Notes: generated by a model not told the origin, from the letters alone. Numbered from the stretch's first letter, positions 1 through 10,606 are shown. The stretch: 64,000 nt of DNA from an uncultured archaeon (GCA_963799775.1 CAWCYD010000003.1:1216001-1280000), one strand, 5' to 3'. Translations and numbers: made by a program.

Positions 1-22
1 CACCTCCGAGTTCCAGTTAGCA

Positions 23-340
23 ATGTCCCAGAGAGAGAGGCACTCTAGAAGCGCTGCGGAACGGTCCCTGAGAGAAGCCCGAAGGGACTTTGACAGGAGG
101 ATTGACGAAATCAGGGCTGAGCTCAGAGAGAAGGGGCCGGAGAAGACCGACAAGTCCCTCATGGACTTGAAAGCAGACTTGGAAGATACCCTCAGTGAGG
201 CACGGGAAAGCCTTGAAAGTGCCCGCGAGAGCTATGATGATGCGCTCAAGATAGGTAGGGCGACCATACAAGAGCAACCTCTGACGTCAGTCGGAGTCGC
301 GTTGGCGGTCGGGGTCGTAATCGGACTGCTCTTCGGATAA
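23..340 (+). CDS. DUF883/ElaB-YqjD-like tail-anchored membrane protein (paralog 1)
   Basis: Charged helical N-terminus and C-terminal IQEQPLTSVGVALAVGVVIGLLFG, the typical DUF883 tail. Confidence 0.7.
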   Translation: MSQRERHSRSAAERSLREARRDFDRRIDEIRAELREKGPEKTDKSLMDLKADLEDTLSEARESLESARESYDDALKIGRATIQEQPLTSVGVALAVGVVIGLLFG

Positions 341-378
341 GACTAAGGACCAGTTTCTTGGAAAGAGCAAGGGATTAG

Positions 379-708
379 TTGTCGTTCGTAAGCAAGATCA
401 CTGACGCAATAGTCCACGAGATAAAGGCCATTCTCAGAGAGTATGTGCATGAGACGGAAGCCGCTCTTAAGAAACGCCTCCGAAAGCTTCTGATGATAGG
501 CACAGTCATCAGTATTCTATTGGCCCTGGTGATCACACTGCTCGGATCTGCCGCCGTATTCATTCTCATCGGGTCTGTCAGGTATCTCGAAAGATCCATG
601 CCGGCGTGGGAGGCTTGGGACATCGTCGGCATCATCTCAGCCGTCATTGCTGGACTGCTGCTTTCGGTGCTTTTCACATTCATGAGAAAGCAATTGAAGT
701 CCGACTAG
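379..708 (+). CDS. Two-TM membrane protein, YqjE/phage-holin-like
   Basis: Amphipathic N-terminal helix plus two TM helices; lies next to DUF883 genes as in bacterial yqjDE operons. Confidence 0.5.
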   Translation: MSFVSKITDAIVHEIKAILREYVHETEAALKKRLRKLLMIGTVISILLALVITLLGSAAVFILIGSVRYLERSMPAWEAWDIVGIISAVIAGLLLSVLFTFMRKQLKSD

Positions 709-769
709 ATTCCCACATTGTGCTGGCGCCCAGTCAGCACGCGGCGCGAACCTTTCTCCTCTGGCATTA

Positions 770-800
770 CATTTCCTTGCAGAAAATACGTCCCCTTAAA
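770..800 (+). promoter_or_regulatory. Shared upstream motif plus TATA-like box (copy 1)
   Basis: CATTTCCttGCAGAAAATAC...CCTTAAA; a near-identical motif lies at 4429-4460; about 35 bp before ATG 835. Confidence 0.5.
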
Positions 801-834
801 ATCAGGCACTTCACCATTGAAGTTGTTGGTAGTA

Positions 835-1152
835 ATGGCCGGCAAAGAGAAAGTCACGAGAGACGGAGCAGAAAGATCCCTGAGAGAAGCCCGAAGGGAT
901 TTTGACAAGCGGATCGATCAGATAAGTGCCGAGCTCAAAGAGAAAGGACCCGAGACGGTCGAGAGGGTTGAGAACGCCTTGAAGGAGCTGAAGCTGGACC
1001 TGCAAAGCGACTTCGAAGAGATTCACGCGATGGTCGACGACGAGCTTGAGACCGGCAGGAAAGAGGTTCGTGAGCACCCGCTGCTTGCAGTCGGGATCGC
1101 GGTCACCGCAGGACTCGTGATTGGGATGCTCCTCGGAAGGCGCAGGGACTAG
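835..1152 (+). CDS. DUF883/ElaB-YqjD-like protein (paralog 2)
   Basis: AERSLREARRDFD shared with paralog 1; tail VREHPLLAVGIAVTAGLVIGMLLGRRR; ATG at 835. Confidence 0.75.
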   Translation: MAGKEKVTRDGAERSLREARRDFDKRIDQISAELKEKGPETVERVENALKELKLDLQSDFEEIHAMVDDELETGRKEVREHPLLAVGIAVTAGLVIGMLLGRRRD

Positions 1153-1445
1153 CTGTCGAAGCTACAAAGAATGCTTCAGCGACTCAAGAAGACTCTCGAT
1201 GGACCCTAGCACGATTATGAGGCACGCGTTGACAGAGTCCTGCGCCGAGCCCTAGACGCCCAGACACAACTCCGTCATCTCCTGAAATCCTTAGGCTTGG
1301 GCGCGCCGACTGAAAGCATCGTATGAGCGCGAGCTACATGGTCTGAGTTGGACTAGGATGAGTCGACGGCGCCATCTACGATGCGGTTAGAGGCGCCGCT
1401 CAAGCATCTTCCCAAATGTCAAAAACACCGGTCTGGGTTGGGTAG

Positions 1446-2561
1446 ATGATGGAGACCGAGAAACCGGTGGCGGACTACAGGCTGCCCAGGTCGGTCCTGA
1501 GGTGGGTCGCCGTCGGCGTGACGCTAAGTTCGGCCATTGTTATCGCTATCACCATATTCTCGGGCGTCTCCTGGTCTGACCTTGAGCGGCTCGGCTACCT
1601 CCCGTTCGGCTTGGCGGCCGCGGCGTCCGTAGCGAGGCTCCTCGTCCAGACTTTGAGGTTCAGAGTCATAGCGGCGGGCCTGGCTGACGACCCGAAACCC
1701 GAACTGAGCGGAGCGGCGATCGCCAGGATGAGCAGCGAGTTCATAGCGATGTCGACGCCCTCGGAGGTCGGCGGCCCCGTCCTGCGTGCCGCGTGGCTCT
1801 CTGGAAAGGGAGTGGAAGGCGGCAAGTCTCTCTGGATCGGCTATTTTGAGGTGCTCATAGAGATATACGTCGGCTCCGGTCTTGCGCTCATCGCGGCGGC
1901 ATACGCGCTGTCGAGGGGGGCGGTGGTCATCGGATCATCAATCGCTGTGGTCGCGACGGTCCTGATTGTCGGGTACACCCTCGTCTTCATAGTTCCCGCC
2001 ATCAGGTCTCTCAAGGCCCCACACCGCGTGTTCAGCATCGCGTCTCTCCTGCTGGGTGCCCCGAGGGCGAGGGCCCTGTATCTCCGCGCCGTCGTAGGCT
2101 CCCTGAACTTTTCAGTGGCGGCGAGGACGATAATGAACAGACGAACCCTCCCCGTGGTGGTCAAGGCCGTCGGGCTGACCATCCTTGAGGACGTCCTAGA
2201 GGGGACTGCTCTATGGCTGGTGCTAAATGCCGCAGGCTTGAAGATCGACATATTCTCAGCCACCGTCGCGGCGTTCGGCGTGCTGACGATCGCCGCCCTC
2301 CCGGTCTCCATAGGGGGCTCTGGAGTCACGGAGCTCAGCATGCAGCTCTACCTCTCCTCGGTCTACGGATTCTCCTCCTGGGCGGCAATCGTCCTCTGGA
2401 GGATCGCTACTTTCCAGGTCGTGTTGGCGGTTTCTGGGGTCGCGTTTCTTCTTTTCACGCGAAAGGCAACAGGATCCGACAAAGCACGTCCCGTCGGAGT
2501 CGAAGGGCCTGTCAAGGGAGCTTCCACAGGTCATGCCCCCACCACGGAGAGCGGCAAGTGA
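1446..2561 (+). CDS. Lysylphosphatidylglycerol-synthase TM / UPF0104 flippase-like protein (paralog 1)
   Basis: Multi-TM; motifs TPSEVGG, LPVSIGGSGVTE, AIVLWRIATF. Confidence 0.8.
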   Translation: MMETEKPVADYRLPRSVLRWVAVGVTLSSAIVIAITIFSGVSWSDLERLGYLPFGLAAAASVARLLVQTLRFRVIAAGLADDPKPELSGAAIARMSSEFIAMSTPSEVGGPVLRAAWLSGKGVEGGKSLWIGYFEVLIEIYVGSGLALIAAAYALSRGAVVIGSSIAVVATVLIVGYTLVFIVPAIRSLKAPHRVFSIASLLLGAPRARALYLRAVVGSLNFSVAARTIMNRRTLPVVVKAVGLTILEDVLEGTALWLVLNAAGLKIDIFSATVAAFGVLTIAALPVSIGGSGVTELSMQLYLSSVYGFSSWAAIVLWRIATFQVVLAVSGVAFLLFTRKATGSDKARPVGVEGPVKGASTGHAPTTESGK

Positions 2562-2627
2562 GACCCACGGCTTGAATATCGACGCGCTAGATTCGTTTAA
2601 GTTCGGGGGTATTTCACCAACCGTAAA

Positions 2628-2933
2628 ATGGATGAAGATTTTGCCACCTCGTTCAACTTCGCGGTACACGGTGGCTTGGACAAGGTCCTGGGTCAGAGCG
2701 GGACGGCGGCGGTCCTGTTCCACATGAAGATGGCCCATGGCCTTCCCGAACCGGGCGAGTTCCACAAGAAGCTGGTCGCGCTTTTCGGCGCGCAAGGAAC
2801 GCTGTCGCTGGAAAGGGCGATTGTGAAGGACCTTGCGACGAGGCTCAAGTGGTCGCTAGATCTTTTGGATATAGAGGGCGCTTTCGACTTCGATGCGACC
2901 ATGCGCGCGGTCGAGAAGGGAGCGAAACGTTGA
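2628..2933 (+). CDS. Small archaeal hypothetical protein (DUF3227/NitrOD-like), partner of the KaiC-like ATPase
   Basis: LDKVLGQSGTAAVLFH...FHKKLVALFGAQG pattern; stop codon overlaps the next start. Confidence 0.5.
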   Translation: MDEDFATSFNFAVHGGLDKVLGQSGTAAVLFHMKMAHGLPEPGEFHKKLVALFGAQGTLSLERAIVKDLATRLKWSLDLLDIEGAFDFDATMRAVEKGAKR

Positions 2934-4351
2934 CGCCCAAGAAAGGCCTCGCGGCGAATTCTTCCGTCCAGGCGGACGTAGGTGGTTCTCGGCTGTCCGA
3001 GCTGGCAGAGACAAGAATCGCCACAGTCCTCGGCCTGAAGCAATTCATGAAGGGCCCCATCAACACCTTGCTCATCAAGGGGGTCGCGGGCACGGGGAAG
3101 ACGACCGTCGCGCTAGAGATTCTCAAGGCCGCAGGCCCGGGGAAGGGCGCGTTCATCTCTTCGAGGGTTCCGAAAGGGCTCCTCGAGACGCACCTACCTG
3201 CCATGAAGGAGACCATAGACAATCAAGAGTTTCTGGACATCAGGCTCGAGGACGCAACGTCGGTGCTGGACTTTGTCATGCAGCTGACGGAGCCCAAGAA
3301 GATCACGACGATCGTCTTTGATAGTTGGGATGCTCTCGCGAAGGAATTGGAGCAGAAGGAGAGGCTCCGCGCGGAGAAGACTCTGATGGCGCTCGCGAAC
3401 AACTCCGGGGCTCAGTTCATCTTTGTCAGCGAGGAGCCCGGTGCCACCACCATAGACTACCTCGTCGACGGGATCGTCGAGGTGGTGAGCGCCGACGAGC
3501 AAGACCGCACGGTGCGAGAGTTCATCATTCACAAGCTGCGCGGGACGATAATACCCCAGCACAAGTATATCTTCACGCTCCTGGAGGGAAAATTCACTTT
3601 CTTCGGGCCATACATCCTCCCGGACTACTCGAAGATGAGAAAGTTCGCTCAGAGGCGGGACATGGGTCAAACCTATTCTCTTGGGAGCAGGGCCCTTGAT
3701 GGGCTGTTCGGGGGCATGATCCCTGGGAGCACCCTGGCCATCGAATACGATGAGAATGTCCCTTACACCGCTCTAAGGGCAATCGGGTATCCCCCCATCA
3801 TCAACTTTCTATTGATGGGAAGGAGCGCGATACTTCTCCCGCTGCCAGGCGCAAACGACGAGGAGACCAGCGCGATTTTGGCCAAGGGCGCTGGCGAACG
3901 TGCGGTGAGAGACCGGCTCAGCACTCTCAACATACTGAGGACAAGCGACATCAAGACCACAAACCTGCCGAAGATAGCCACGCCCAGGGAGATCCACGAA
4001 GAGGTCACCAATGAGACGACCAGGCTGCGGAAGAAGTCTGTTGACAAGACGGTGTTGCTGGTGAAGTCCGTCAGCGCCCTCGAGAACCTTTTCGCCTCGG
4101 ACCTGGATTCGCTGCTCGAAGTGACGTCCCAAGAGATAATCACGCTCCAGCAGTCGCGTGACGCGCACATCCTCTTCTTGGCAAAGGACTCGCCCATCAG
4201 GTCGCGCATCCTCTCGATAAGCTCCAGTTACGCAAAGCTCTTCGTCAGAGACGGCACCGTTCTGATGTTCGGCGTGAAGCCTCACACCGGGATCTATGCG
4301 CTGCAGCACCTCGAGGACCCCACTTCTCCGTCATTGACTCAGCTCGTATGA
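2930..4351 (+). CDS. KaiC/GvpD-like RecA-fold ATPase with a degenerate second domain
   Basis: Walker A LLIKGVAGTGKTT, IVFDSWD, DYLVDGIV, IHKLRG; second domain SLGSRALDGLFGG lacks Walker A; likely TTG start at 2930. Confidence 0.8.
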   Translation: MTPKKGLAANSSVQADVGGSRLSELAETRIATVLGLKQFMKGPINTLLIKGVAGTGKTTVALEILKAAGPGKGAFISSRVPKGLLETHLPAMKETIDNQEFLDIRLEDATSVLDFVMQLTEPKKITTIVFDSWDALAKELEQKERLRAEKTLMALANNSGAQFIFVSEEPGATTIDYLVDGIVEVVSADEQDRTVREFIIHKLRGTIIPQHKYIFTLLEGKFTFFGPYILPDYSKMRKFAQRRDMGQTYSLGSRALDGLFGGMIPGSTLAIEYDENVPYTALRAIGYPPIINFLLMGRSAILLPLPGANDEETSAILAKGAGERAVRDRLSTLNILRTSDIKTTNLPKIATPREIHEEVTNETTRLRKKSVDKTVLLVKSVSALENLFASDLDSLLEVTSQEIITLQQSRDAHILFLAKDSPIRSRILSISSSYAKLFVRDGTVLMFGVKPHTGIYALQHLEDPTSPSLTQLV

Positions 4352-4428
4352 TTCGATTCCATATCTGCGCTCAGGCCTCGCCGAACTGAGCCAAGTGGGC
4401 TTGGCTTGGCCTGATTCTTCCGACCTTG

Positions 4429-4460
4429 CATTTCCGCGCAGAAAATACACTGTCCTTAAA
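4429..4460 (+). promoter_or_regulatory. Shared upstream motif plus TATA-like box (copy 2)
   Basis: CATTTCCgcGCAGAAAATAC...CCTTAAA, about 30 bp before TTG 4490. Confidence 0.5.
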
Positions 4461-4489
4461 TTAATTCTTGCCCGCTGGTCTGCAATCTC

Positions 4490-6064
4490 TTGGGAGAAAC
4501 GAAACCATCGAGCGAGTATCAGCTCCCGAAGTCGGTGATGAAATGGATCGCCTTTGGGCTGCTCCTCACCTCCGGCGTTGTAATCGCGATCTCGATACTC
4601 TCGGGAGTGAAGTTCTCGGACCTGACGAAGCTCGGCTACCTCACGTTCGCCCTCGCCGCTGGGGTTTGCGCATCCAAGCTGCTGGTCCAGGTCATTAGGT
4701 TTCGGGTGGTGACGCTCGGTCTCGCGGGGAATCCCAAGCCCGACATCAGTGGGCTGGCGCTCACAAGGGTCGCGAGCGAGTTCGTCTCGCTCTCTACGCC
4801 GGCGACTAGCATGGGCCTTTTCATACTCACCTCCTGGCTTACAGGGAAGGGAATAGACGGCGGAAAGGCTCTCGCGATCTGCTACTTCCAGGTGCTGATC
4901 GAGATCTACGTCGGCGCCGGTCTCGCTCTCATCGCCGCTGTGTACGCCATCACGAGGGGGTCGGTTGCCCTCGGGTCGTCGATATTCCTCGTCGCGATGG
5001 TCTTGATAGTCGGGTACACGGTCATCTTCATAATCCCGGCTGTGAAAGGCATCCACGTCCCCCATTTTGTCTTCACATTTTCACGATACCTCGTAGGGGG
5101 GCCTAGAGCGAACGACCTCTATCTGCGTGCAGTCGTCAGCTCCCTGAATTTCTCACTCTCGGCCCGCGAGATTGCGAGGAGGCAGAACCTCCCAGTCGTC
5201 GTCAAGGCTGTCATCCTTACGATCGTCGAGGACTTCTTGGTAGGCGCCGCCCTGTGGATCATCTTGAACGCGTCTAGCCTGAAGATCGACCTGGTCTCGT
5301 CGACGCTGGCGGCCTACGGCGTGGTCGCCATCGCCCAGATCCCGGTGTCGATTGGCGGCGCGGGGATCACCGAACTGACGATGAAGTCCTACCTCACCGC
5401 GGTCTACGGATTCTCCTCCTGGGCCCCGATCGTCCTGTGGCGGATCGCCACCTACCAGGCACTTCTGGGGATAACCGGCATCTTCTTCATATTCTTCCTC
5501 CGCAAAGCTACTCGAGGCTCAGGCAAGACCCCCCCGACGGATTCGGTCGAGAGCGCGAGCAAGGCACCTGGCCTGAGCGCGGTCGGAGTCGAGAAGGAGG
5601 TCGTGAAGCTGGAGACGCGATACGGCGTCGTGAAGACGCTAAGGTTCGCGATTGCCGGCGTGGCGGGCTTTGTGGTCACAGAGGCCGTCCTGACCGTCGG
5701 ACTCCTCGTCTTCTTCGGGAAGCTGAGCATCCCGCATGAGAGCTTCTCCTCTCCGGCGCTCCTAGCGTTGGATGTTCTCTCGCTCCTGATCGGCGTCTCA
5801 GCTTCCTTCCTCATCAACGAAAGGATCACGATCCACGTGCCGAAAGGTGAGAAGGGCGGAGGGGCGAGCAGGTTCAGGAGACTTGTGAAGTTTCAGGCAG
5901 TGAGCGGGATCGGGAACACGGGCATCGTGGTGGTCCAGCTTATCCTCCTGGCGACTCTCGAAATCTCTCCGCTCTTAGGCTCGATTGTAGGGGCAGTAGT
6001 CACCTATCCGCTCGTGTACTACATCTCGATCAGGTATGTCTGGCACGCACACCGGACCAAGTGA
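4490..6064 (+). CDS. UPF0104 flippase-like protein fused to a C-terminal GtrA-like domain (paralog 2)
   Basis: N-terminal ~350 aa align with 1446-2561; C-terminal LRFAIAGVAGFVV...SFLINERITI...RLVKF resembles GtrA. Confidence 0.8.
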   Translation: MGETKPSSEYQLPKSVMKWIAFGLLLTSGVVIAISILSGVKFSDLTKLGYLTFALAAGVCASKLLVQVIRFRVVTLGLAGNPKPDISGLALTRVASEFVSLSTPATSMGLFILTSWLTGKGIDGGKALAICYFQVLIEIYVGAGLALIAAVYAITRGSVALGSSIFLVAMVLIVGYTVIFIIPAVKGIHVPHFVFTFSRYLVGGPRANDLYLRAVVSSLNFSLSAREIARRQNLPVVVKAVILTIVEDFLVGAALWIILNASSLKIDLVSSTLAAYGVVAIAQIPVSIGGAGITELTMKSYLTAVYGFSSWAPIVLWRIATYQALLGITGIFFIFFLRKATRGSGKTPPTDSVESASKAPGLSAVGVEKEVVKLETRYGVVKTLRFAIAGVAGFVVTEAVLTVGLLVFFGKLSIPHESFSSPALLALDVLSLLIGVSASFLINERITIHVPKGEKGGGASRFRRLVKFQAVSGIGNTGIVVVQLILLATLEISPLLGSIVGAVVTYPLVYYISIRYVWHAHRTK

Positions 6065-6076
6065 AATATCTCCCTG

Positions 6077-6099
6077 GAGCCCGACAGGATTCTAGCCCG
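6077..6099 (-). repeat. Degenerate tRNA-Arg 3'-end copy (R0)
   Basis: GAGCCCGACAGGATTCTAGCCCG versus tRNA GGGCCCGGCAGGATTTGAACCCG, 18/23 identical, same orientation as the array. Confidence 0.45.
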
Positions 6100-6193
6100 G
6101 CCATCCGATTCCAGCAGTCTGGGGTTTCGGAGCGGCTCGCGGGAACTCCCGGGCTTCGGACCAAGCCAACGGGATGGCGAGTATGTCTCGGCG

Positions 6194-6403
6194 TCACACG
6201 AACTCGTGGGCGCGGTTGAAAGTCTTGCAGGCGCTGCCTTCTCCACCCACGCGCGTGTTGCAGTGTTTGCACGCCATCTTCTGGTTACCGGTGACAAATT
6301 GGTGTGAGCCTCCGAGGAGCTGACTCGGGCAGTGTCCTCCCCCAGAACCCTTTGAGGCCCCGCAGTTCTTGCAGAATTCCATACCAGAAGTAAGGTGTTG
6401 CAT
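6194..6403 (-). CDS. Small protein with two tandem CxxC...C...HxFV zinc-finger-like repeats
   Basis: CKNC..HC..HQFV and CKHC..AC..HEFV. Confidence 0.6.
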   Translation of the reverse strand: MQHLTSGMEFCKNCGASKGSGGGHCPSQLLGGSHQFVTGNQKMACKHCNTRVGGEGSACKTFNRAHEFV

Positions 6404-6587
6404 CAGATATAAGTCTACAACAACAGCAAGCGTCTCAGCCTATCCCAAAGGTGTCACTAGGAGTTTCTTGTCGCCTTGCCTGTCTATGCACTGGCCCTTC
6501 CTTCGGCTTGCTCAATCTTACCCTTGAGCTGTTCCAGGTTCGAGCCGTCTACGGACCTACGTACTGCAGGGCTTCATTGGCCAGGAG

Positions 6588-6885
6588 TTACTGTCGCTTC
6601 TTTGACCGCTTCCGCGAGGGTTGCGTTTCTTCGGACTTTTTCCCGCGCGCCGCATCATATATTGCGCTCGCGAACCCTCTCGTATCTCTTGCCAGAGTGT
6701 TTCCTGCATCCTTCACTCCCTGGGGCCCCGATGACCCTCTTCGCACCCCGCCCCGCACTATTCATGGTCTCTTTCGCTTTCGCGCCTAGCTGATGCGCCT
6801 CTTTGGACTCCACGATTTGTCTCACGTCTCGTTTGGCGCTCCCATACACGCCACCTGCCTTCCTCTTTGTTTTCTTTCGCTCCAT
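6588..6885 (-). CDS. Basic, hydrophilic LEA/stress-like hypothetical protein, frameshifted near 6720
   Basis: ORF MERKKTKRK... continues in another frame as GVKDAGNTLARDTRGFASAIYDAARGKK...; TTATA upstream. Confidence 0.35.
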
Positions 6886-7254
6886 CGAAAACACGCCTGC
6901 TGCCTCGTTCTATAAGGCTTGGCCTGGAGCCGCTGTGGCTTCTGTCAGAGACTCGGCCTGGAGAGAGGCTCGATCACTGCCGCGTCGGTCTACTTCTGCA
7001 GGGCCGACGGCCGGCTCACGCCAGCTATTGAACTCGCGCCACATTTCCCGAGCATCTTCCTGAAGCAAGCCGCCTCAGCGAAAGTGACCAGAAGGCTGCC
7101 ATGAACCCCCAGGAAGACGTATCCTGCGAACTGGTGTACAACATCCTGGGCGCCTAGGCCGAACATCCGAATAATTGGTTGAATCCCTTCCAGCTCAGTA
7201 GGCTATACTCTGGGTGGGAGGTTCATATTTGGAACTGTCCGTAGGGATGGCACT

Positions 7255-9808
7255 GTGGACAAGGAAGCAATCGCCGCGCTACCGGTGCAACAGGCGCTCG
7301 AGCAGCTCCACACCTCGGTCGAGGGCTTGAGTCAGAGTGAAGCGGAGAGCCATCGCGCGACCTCGGGCCTCAACGTCCTCACGAAGACCCGGCATACGGC
7401 TCTGGACGTCCTCGGAAGGCAACTGAAGAGCTCGCTGATCTACTTGTTGGCCGTTGCCAGCATCGTCAGCTTTGCCATTGGCGATCTCTCCGATGGCATC
7501 ATCATCGCCGTCATCCTGGTGATCAACGCGCTGCTCGGCTTTGCGCAGGAATACCGATCCGAGCGGGCCGTCGAGAAGCTCTCCACCCTCATCAGCAAAC
7601 GAGTGTCCGCCAGGCGAGATGGCAGGACAGTGCAGCTGGACCAGGCTCAGCTCGTGCCGGGCGACATCATCTTCGTGGAAGAAGGGGATGTCGTCTCTGC
7701 GGATTGCAAATTGCTCACGGCGGAGGGTCTGCAGGTCAACGAAGCGCAACTGACGGGGGAATCAGTGCCCGTCACCAAAGCGGTCCAGATCCGGAGCACC
7801 CCAGATTACATCCAGCGGCGACGCGTCTCTGCTCTTCACCGGCAGCGTGATCGAAAAGGGGAAGGCCACCGCCGTCGTCTACGCCATCGGCGATGGGACA
7901 GAGCTTGGGAAGATCGCCTCCCTCTCGACGCGCACGCGCAAGGTGACCCAATACCAAAAATCGCTGCAATCCTTCAGCTCCCTGCTGATTCGGGTCGTGC
8001 TCGTGACCCTCGCGTTCACGTTTCTGGCCAAGCTGCTGCTCACGCGCGATCTCACCCATCTGCCGGCGTTCCTGCTGTTCGTCGTCGCCCTGGCCATCGT
8101 CGCCGTGCCGGAAGCGCTGCCGGTGATTGCCACGACGACCCTCTCCACCGGGGCGATGCACCTGGCCAAGAAGCAGGTGGTCGTCAAACGGCTCTCCTCG
8201 CTGGAAGACCTCGGCAACGTCACGCTGCTTTGCACCGATAAGACGGGAACGCTGACCGAGGGGAAGATGAGCATCCAGAAGATCGTGGCGGACGACCCTC
8301 TGCGCTTGCAACGATTCGCCGCTGCCACCGTGAAGTCCCTGAGCGGAGCGGGCGTAGCGCGTCAGGACTCTTTCGATCTGGCCTTTCTCGCCTACATCCC
8401 GCCCGATATACAGGAGCAGGCCAAGGCGTACCTGCAGGTCCAGGCCCTTCCCTTCGATCCAGAGACGCGCAGGAGCTGCATGGTCATCGAAGATGCCAGC
8501 TCGCACGCCCGCTATCTGGTGGTGCTCGGCGCGGTCGAAGCGCTGCTGGCGGTCAGCGATTGCGAGGGGCCGCAGAAGGAGCGATATCTGGCGGAGGTGA
8601 CCAGCGACGGCGCGCAAGGGCTGCGCGACCTCGCCCTGGCCTATCGCGAGCTGCCTGTCTCTGGGCCCATCGACATCCCGGAGTACGACCAGCACCTGAC
8701 TTTTTTGGGATTCGTGACGCTCGCCGACCCGCTGCGGCCAACCGCGAAAGAGACCATCGAGCGGGCGAAAGCCCTGGGGGTGGCTGTCAAGATATTGACC
8801 GGAGACAGCAAGGAGGTCGCGGCGTACATCGGGAGGCAGATTGGACTGGGAGGCGAGGTGCACACCGGGGATGAGCTGGAGAAGATGCCTCCCGAAGAGC
8901 TGCAGCGCGTTGCGGACAGCTGCGACGTCTTCGCGCGCGTCTCCCCCGCCCAGAAGTTCGCGATCATCGAGGCCCTCAAGCGCGGCCACGTCGTCGGCTA
9001 CCAGGGCGACGGGATCAACGACGCGCCGGCGCTCAAGATGGCGGACGTCGCTCTCGCGGTGGACAGCGCGACGGACGTGGCGAAGGAGAGTGCCGACATC
9101 GTCCTACTGGACCAAGACATGGGCGTGATCATCAACGGCATTGAAGAGGGGCGAACCATCTTCCTCAACATCGACAAGTACCTGAAGTACACCATGGTGG
9201 GGAACTTCGGCAACCTGTTTGCGCTCGTAATCCTCTACCTTCTCTCGCTCAACCTGCCGTTGCTCCCCGTGCAGTTGCTGTTGACCAGCCTCATCACCGA
9301 TGTCCCGCTTATCACCATCGCTTCCGACCGCGTAGACACCAAGGAGGCCATGAGGCCGGAGAAGTACAACACGCGGTCGCTGATGTCGATCTCGCTGGTG
9401 CTCGGCTCGTGCACCGCGCTTTTTGAGCTGCTGTACTTTGAGCTCGTCAGCTCCCGGTCGCTGCCTTTCGTGCAGACCGGCATGTTTCTTTTTCTCACCT
9501 TGCTTCAGTTCATCGTCATCGTTTCAATACGGAACCATTCTTACTTTTGGAGAGGCGTGAGGCCATCGTTTCTCTTAGCCGCAGCCGTCTTGCTGGCGTT
9601 CTTCGGCTCGTTTGCCCTCCCCTATATCCCCTTCACGGCTCGCCTGTTCTCGTTCACGCCTCTGGCTCTGAGAGACCTTGCGGTCATCGTAGGGCTGGCG
9701 CTGGTGTACCTTGTTGCCCTAGACGCGATCAAAGTCAGGTACTACAGGCGAGCGGACAAAGAAGGTTCGCCCTCGCTCGACGGGCAGAAATCTTCCCAGA
9801 AGAGATGA
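7255..9808 (+). CDS. P-type cation-transporting ATPase (MgtA-like), one frameshift near 7790-7830
   Basis: LTGES, VPEALP, CTDKTGTLT, FDPETR, ILTGD, GDGINDAP split across two overlapping ORFs. Confidence 0.9.
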
Positions 9809-10135
9809 CCGCGAGGTGCGTGTCCATCCAAGGCCAGGTGAGGCTTCGAGGGTTGCATTGGTTTATCCGATCTCCGCTAGTTCTGAGCAAGGATTATGGC
9901 TTTCTCTATCGGGAATAATCCAGCTAGGACGCCAGAGTACGGCGCAGTCCCTGATGTCACCGCAACTTGTCTCCGGACCTAGGTCCTCACTATTCTTTTT
10001 CCTGCTCGACGGTTCTTGACGAGCCCTTTCCCTCCGGGTGTCTCGACTGCGCGTGTCTTCGCCGCAGTCATCCTGCCGCCTCTGCGTTTTGTTGTGTTCC
10101 GAATCTCAAGACGTTGAGTAGAGCACCTGATCTAC

Positions 10136-10429
10136 TCAGGTGTGAGCCGAGGTCTGGGTCGCGAGCAGCGCGCTGCGTCCGAGCAGCTTCTTGTCCAGGA
10201 TGAAGATGATCACCTGGTCGCCCACTTCGACGCCAGCGTCTCCGCCGATCGGCTGGACGACGAACTTCCCGCCTCCGGTTAGCCTCGCAACCGTCGCTTC
10301 GACGACCGCGACGCCGGTCTTGGACTTGAAGACCGTCGCCCTCTCCCTGCCCCCTCCGGCCCTGGACTCGTTTCTGCCAGTGTCGGACGTCCGTTCTCTC
10401 TCGATTTCTCTTTCTGTGTCTGTTGACAT
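10136..10429 (-). CDS. Small hypothetical protein, possibly AbrB-like
   Basis: GGKFVVQP...GVEVGDQVIIFI resembles a swapped-hairpin motif. Confidence 0.35.
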   Translation of the reverse strand: MSTDTEREIERERTSDTGRNESRAGGGRERATVFKSKTGVAVVEATVARLTGGGKFVVQPIGGDAGVEVGDQVIIFILDKKLLGRSALLATQTSAHT

Positions 10430-10606
10430 ATCAGGTCACTAGCGATCATATCGCAAGAGCGATTAAAACCCGGGTGACGATTCCCAGGATTGAGAATAGG
10501 GTCCGGAAGTCCTTTGAGAGATTGAATCGGACTGGGTGGTTCATCATTCGTAGATGACTCCTTTTGGACAATTACGGCCAAACAAAGTTCATAATGAGCT
10601 TATTAT

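Noticed and set aside
6455-6560. CsbD-like gene on the minus strand (NLEQLKGKIEQAEG)
   Set aside because: Interrupted by a stop and too short to support; at most a remnant
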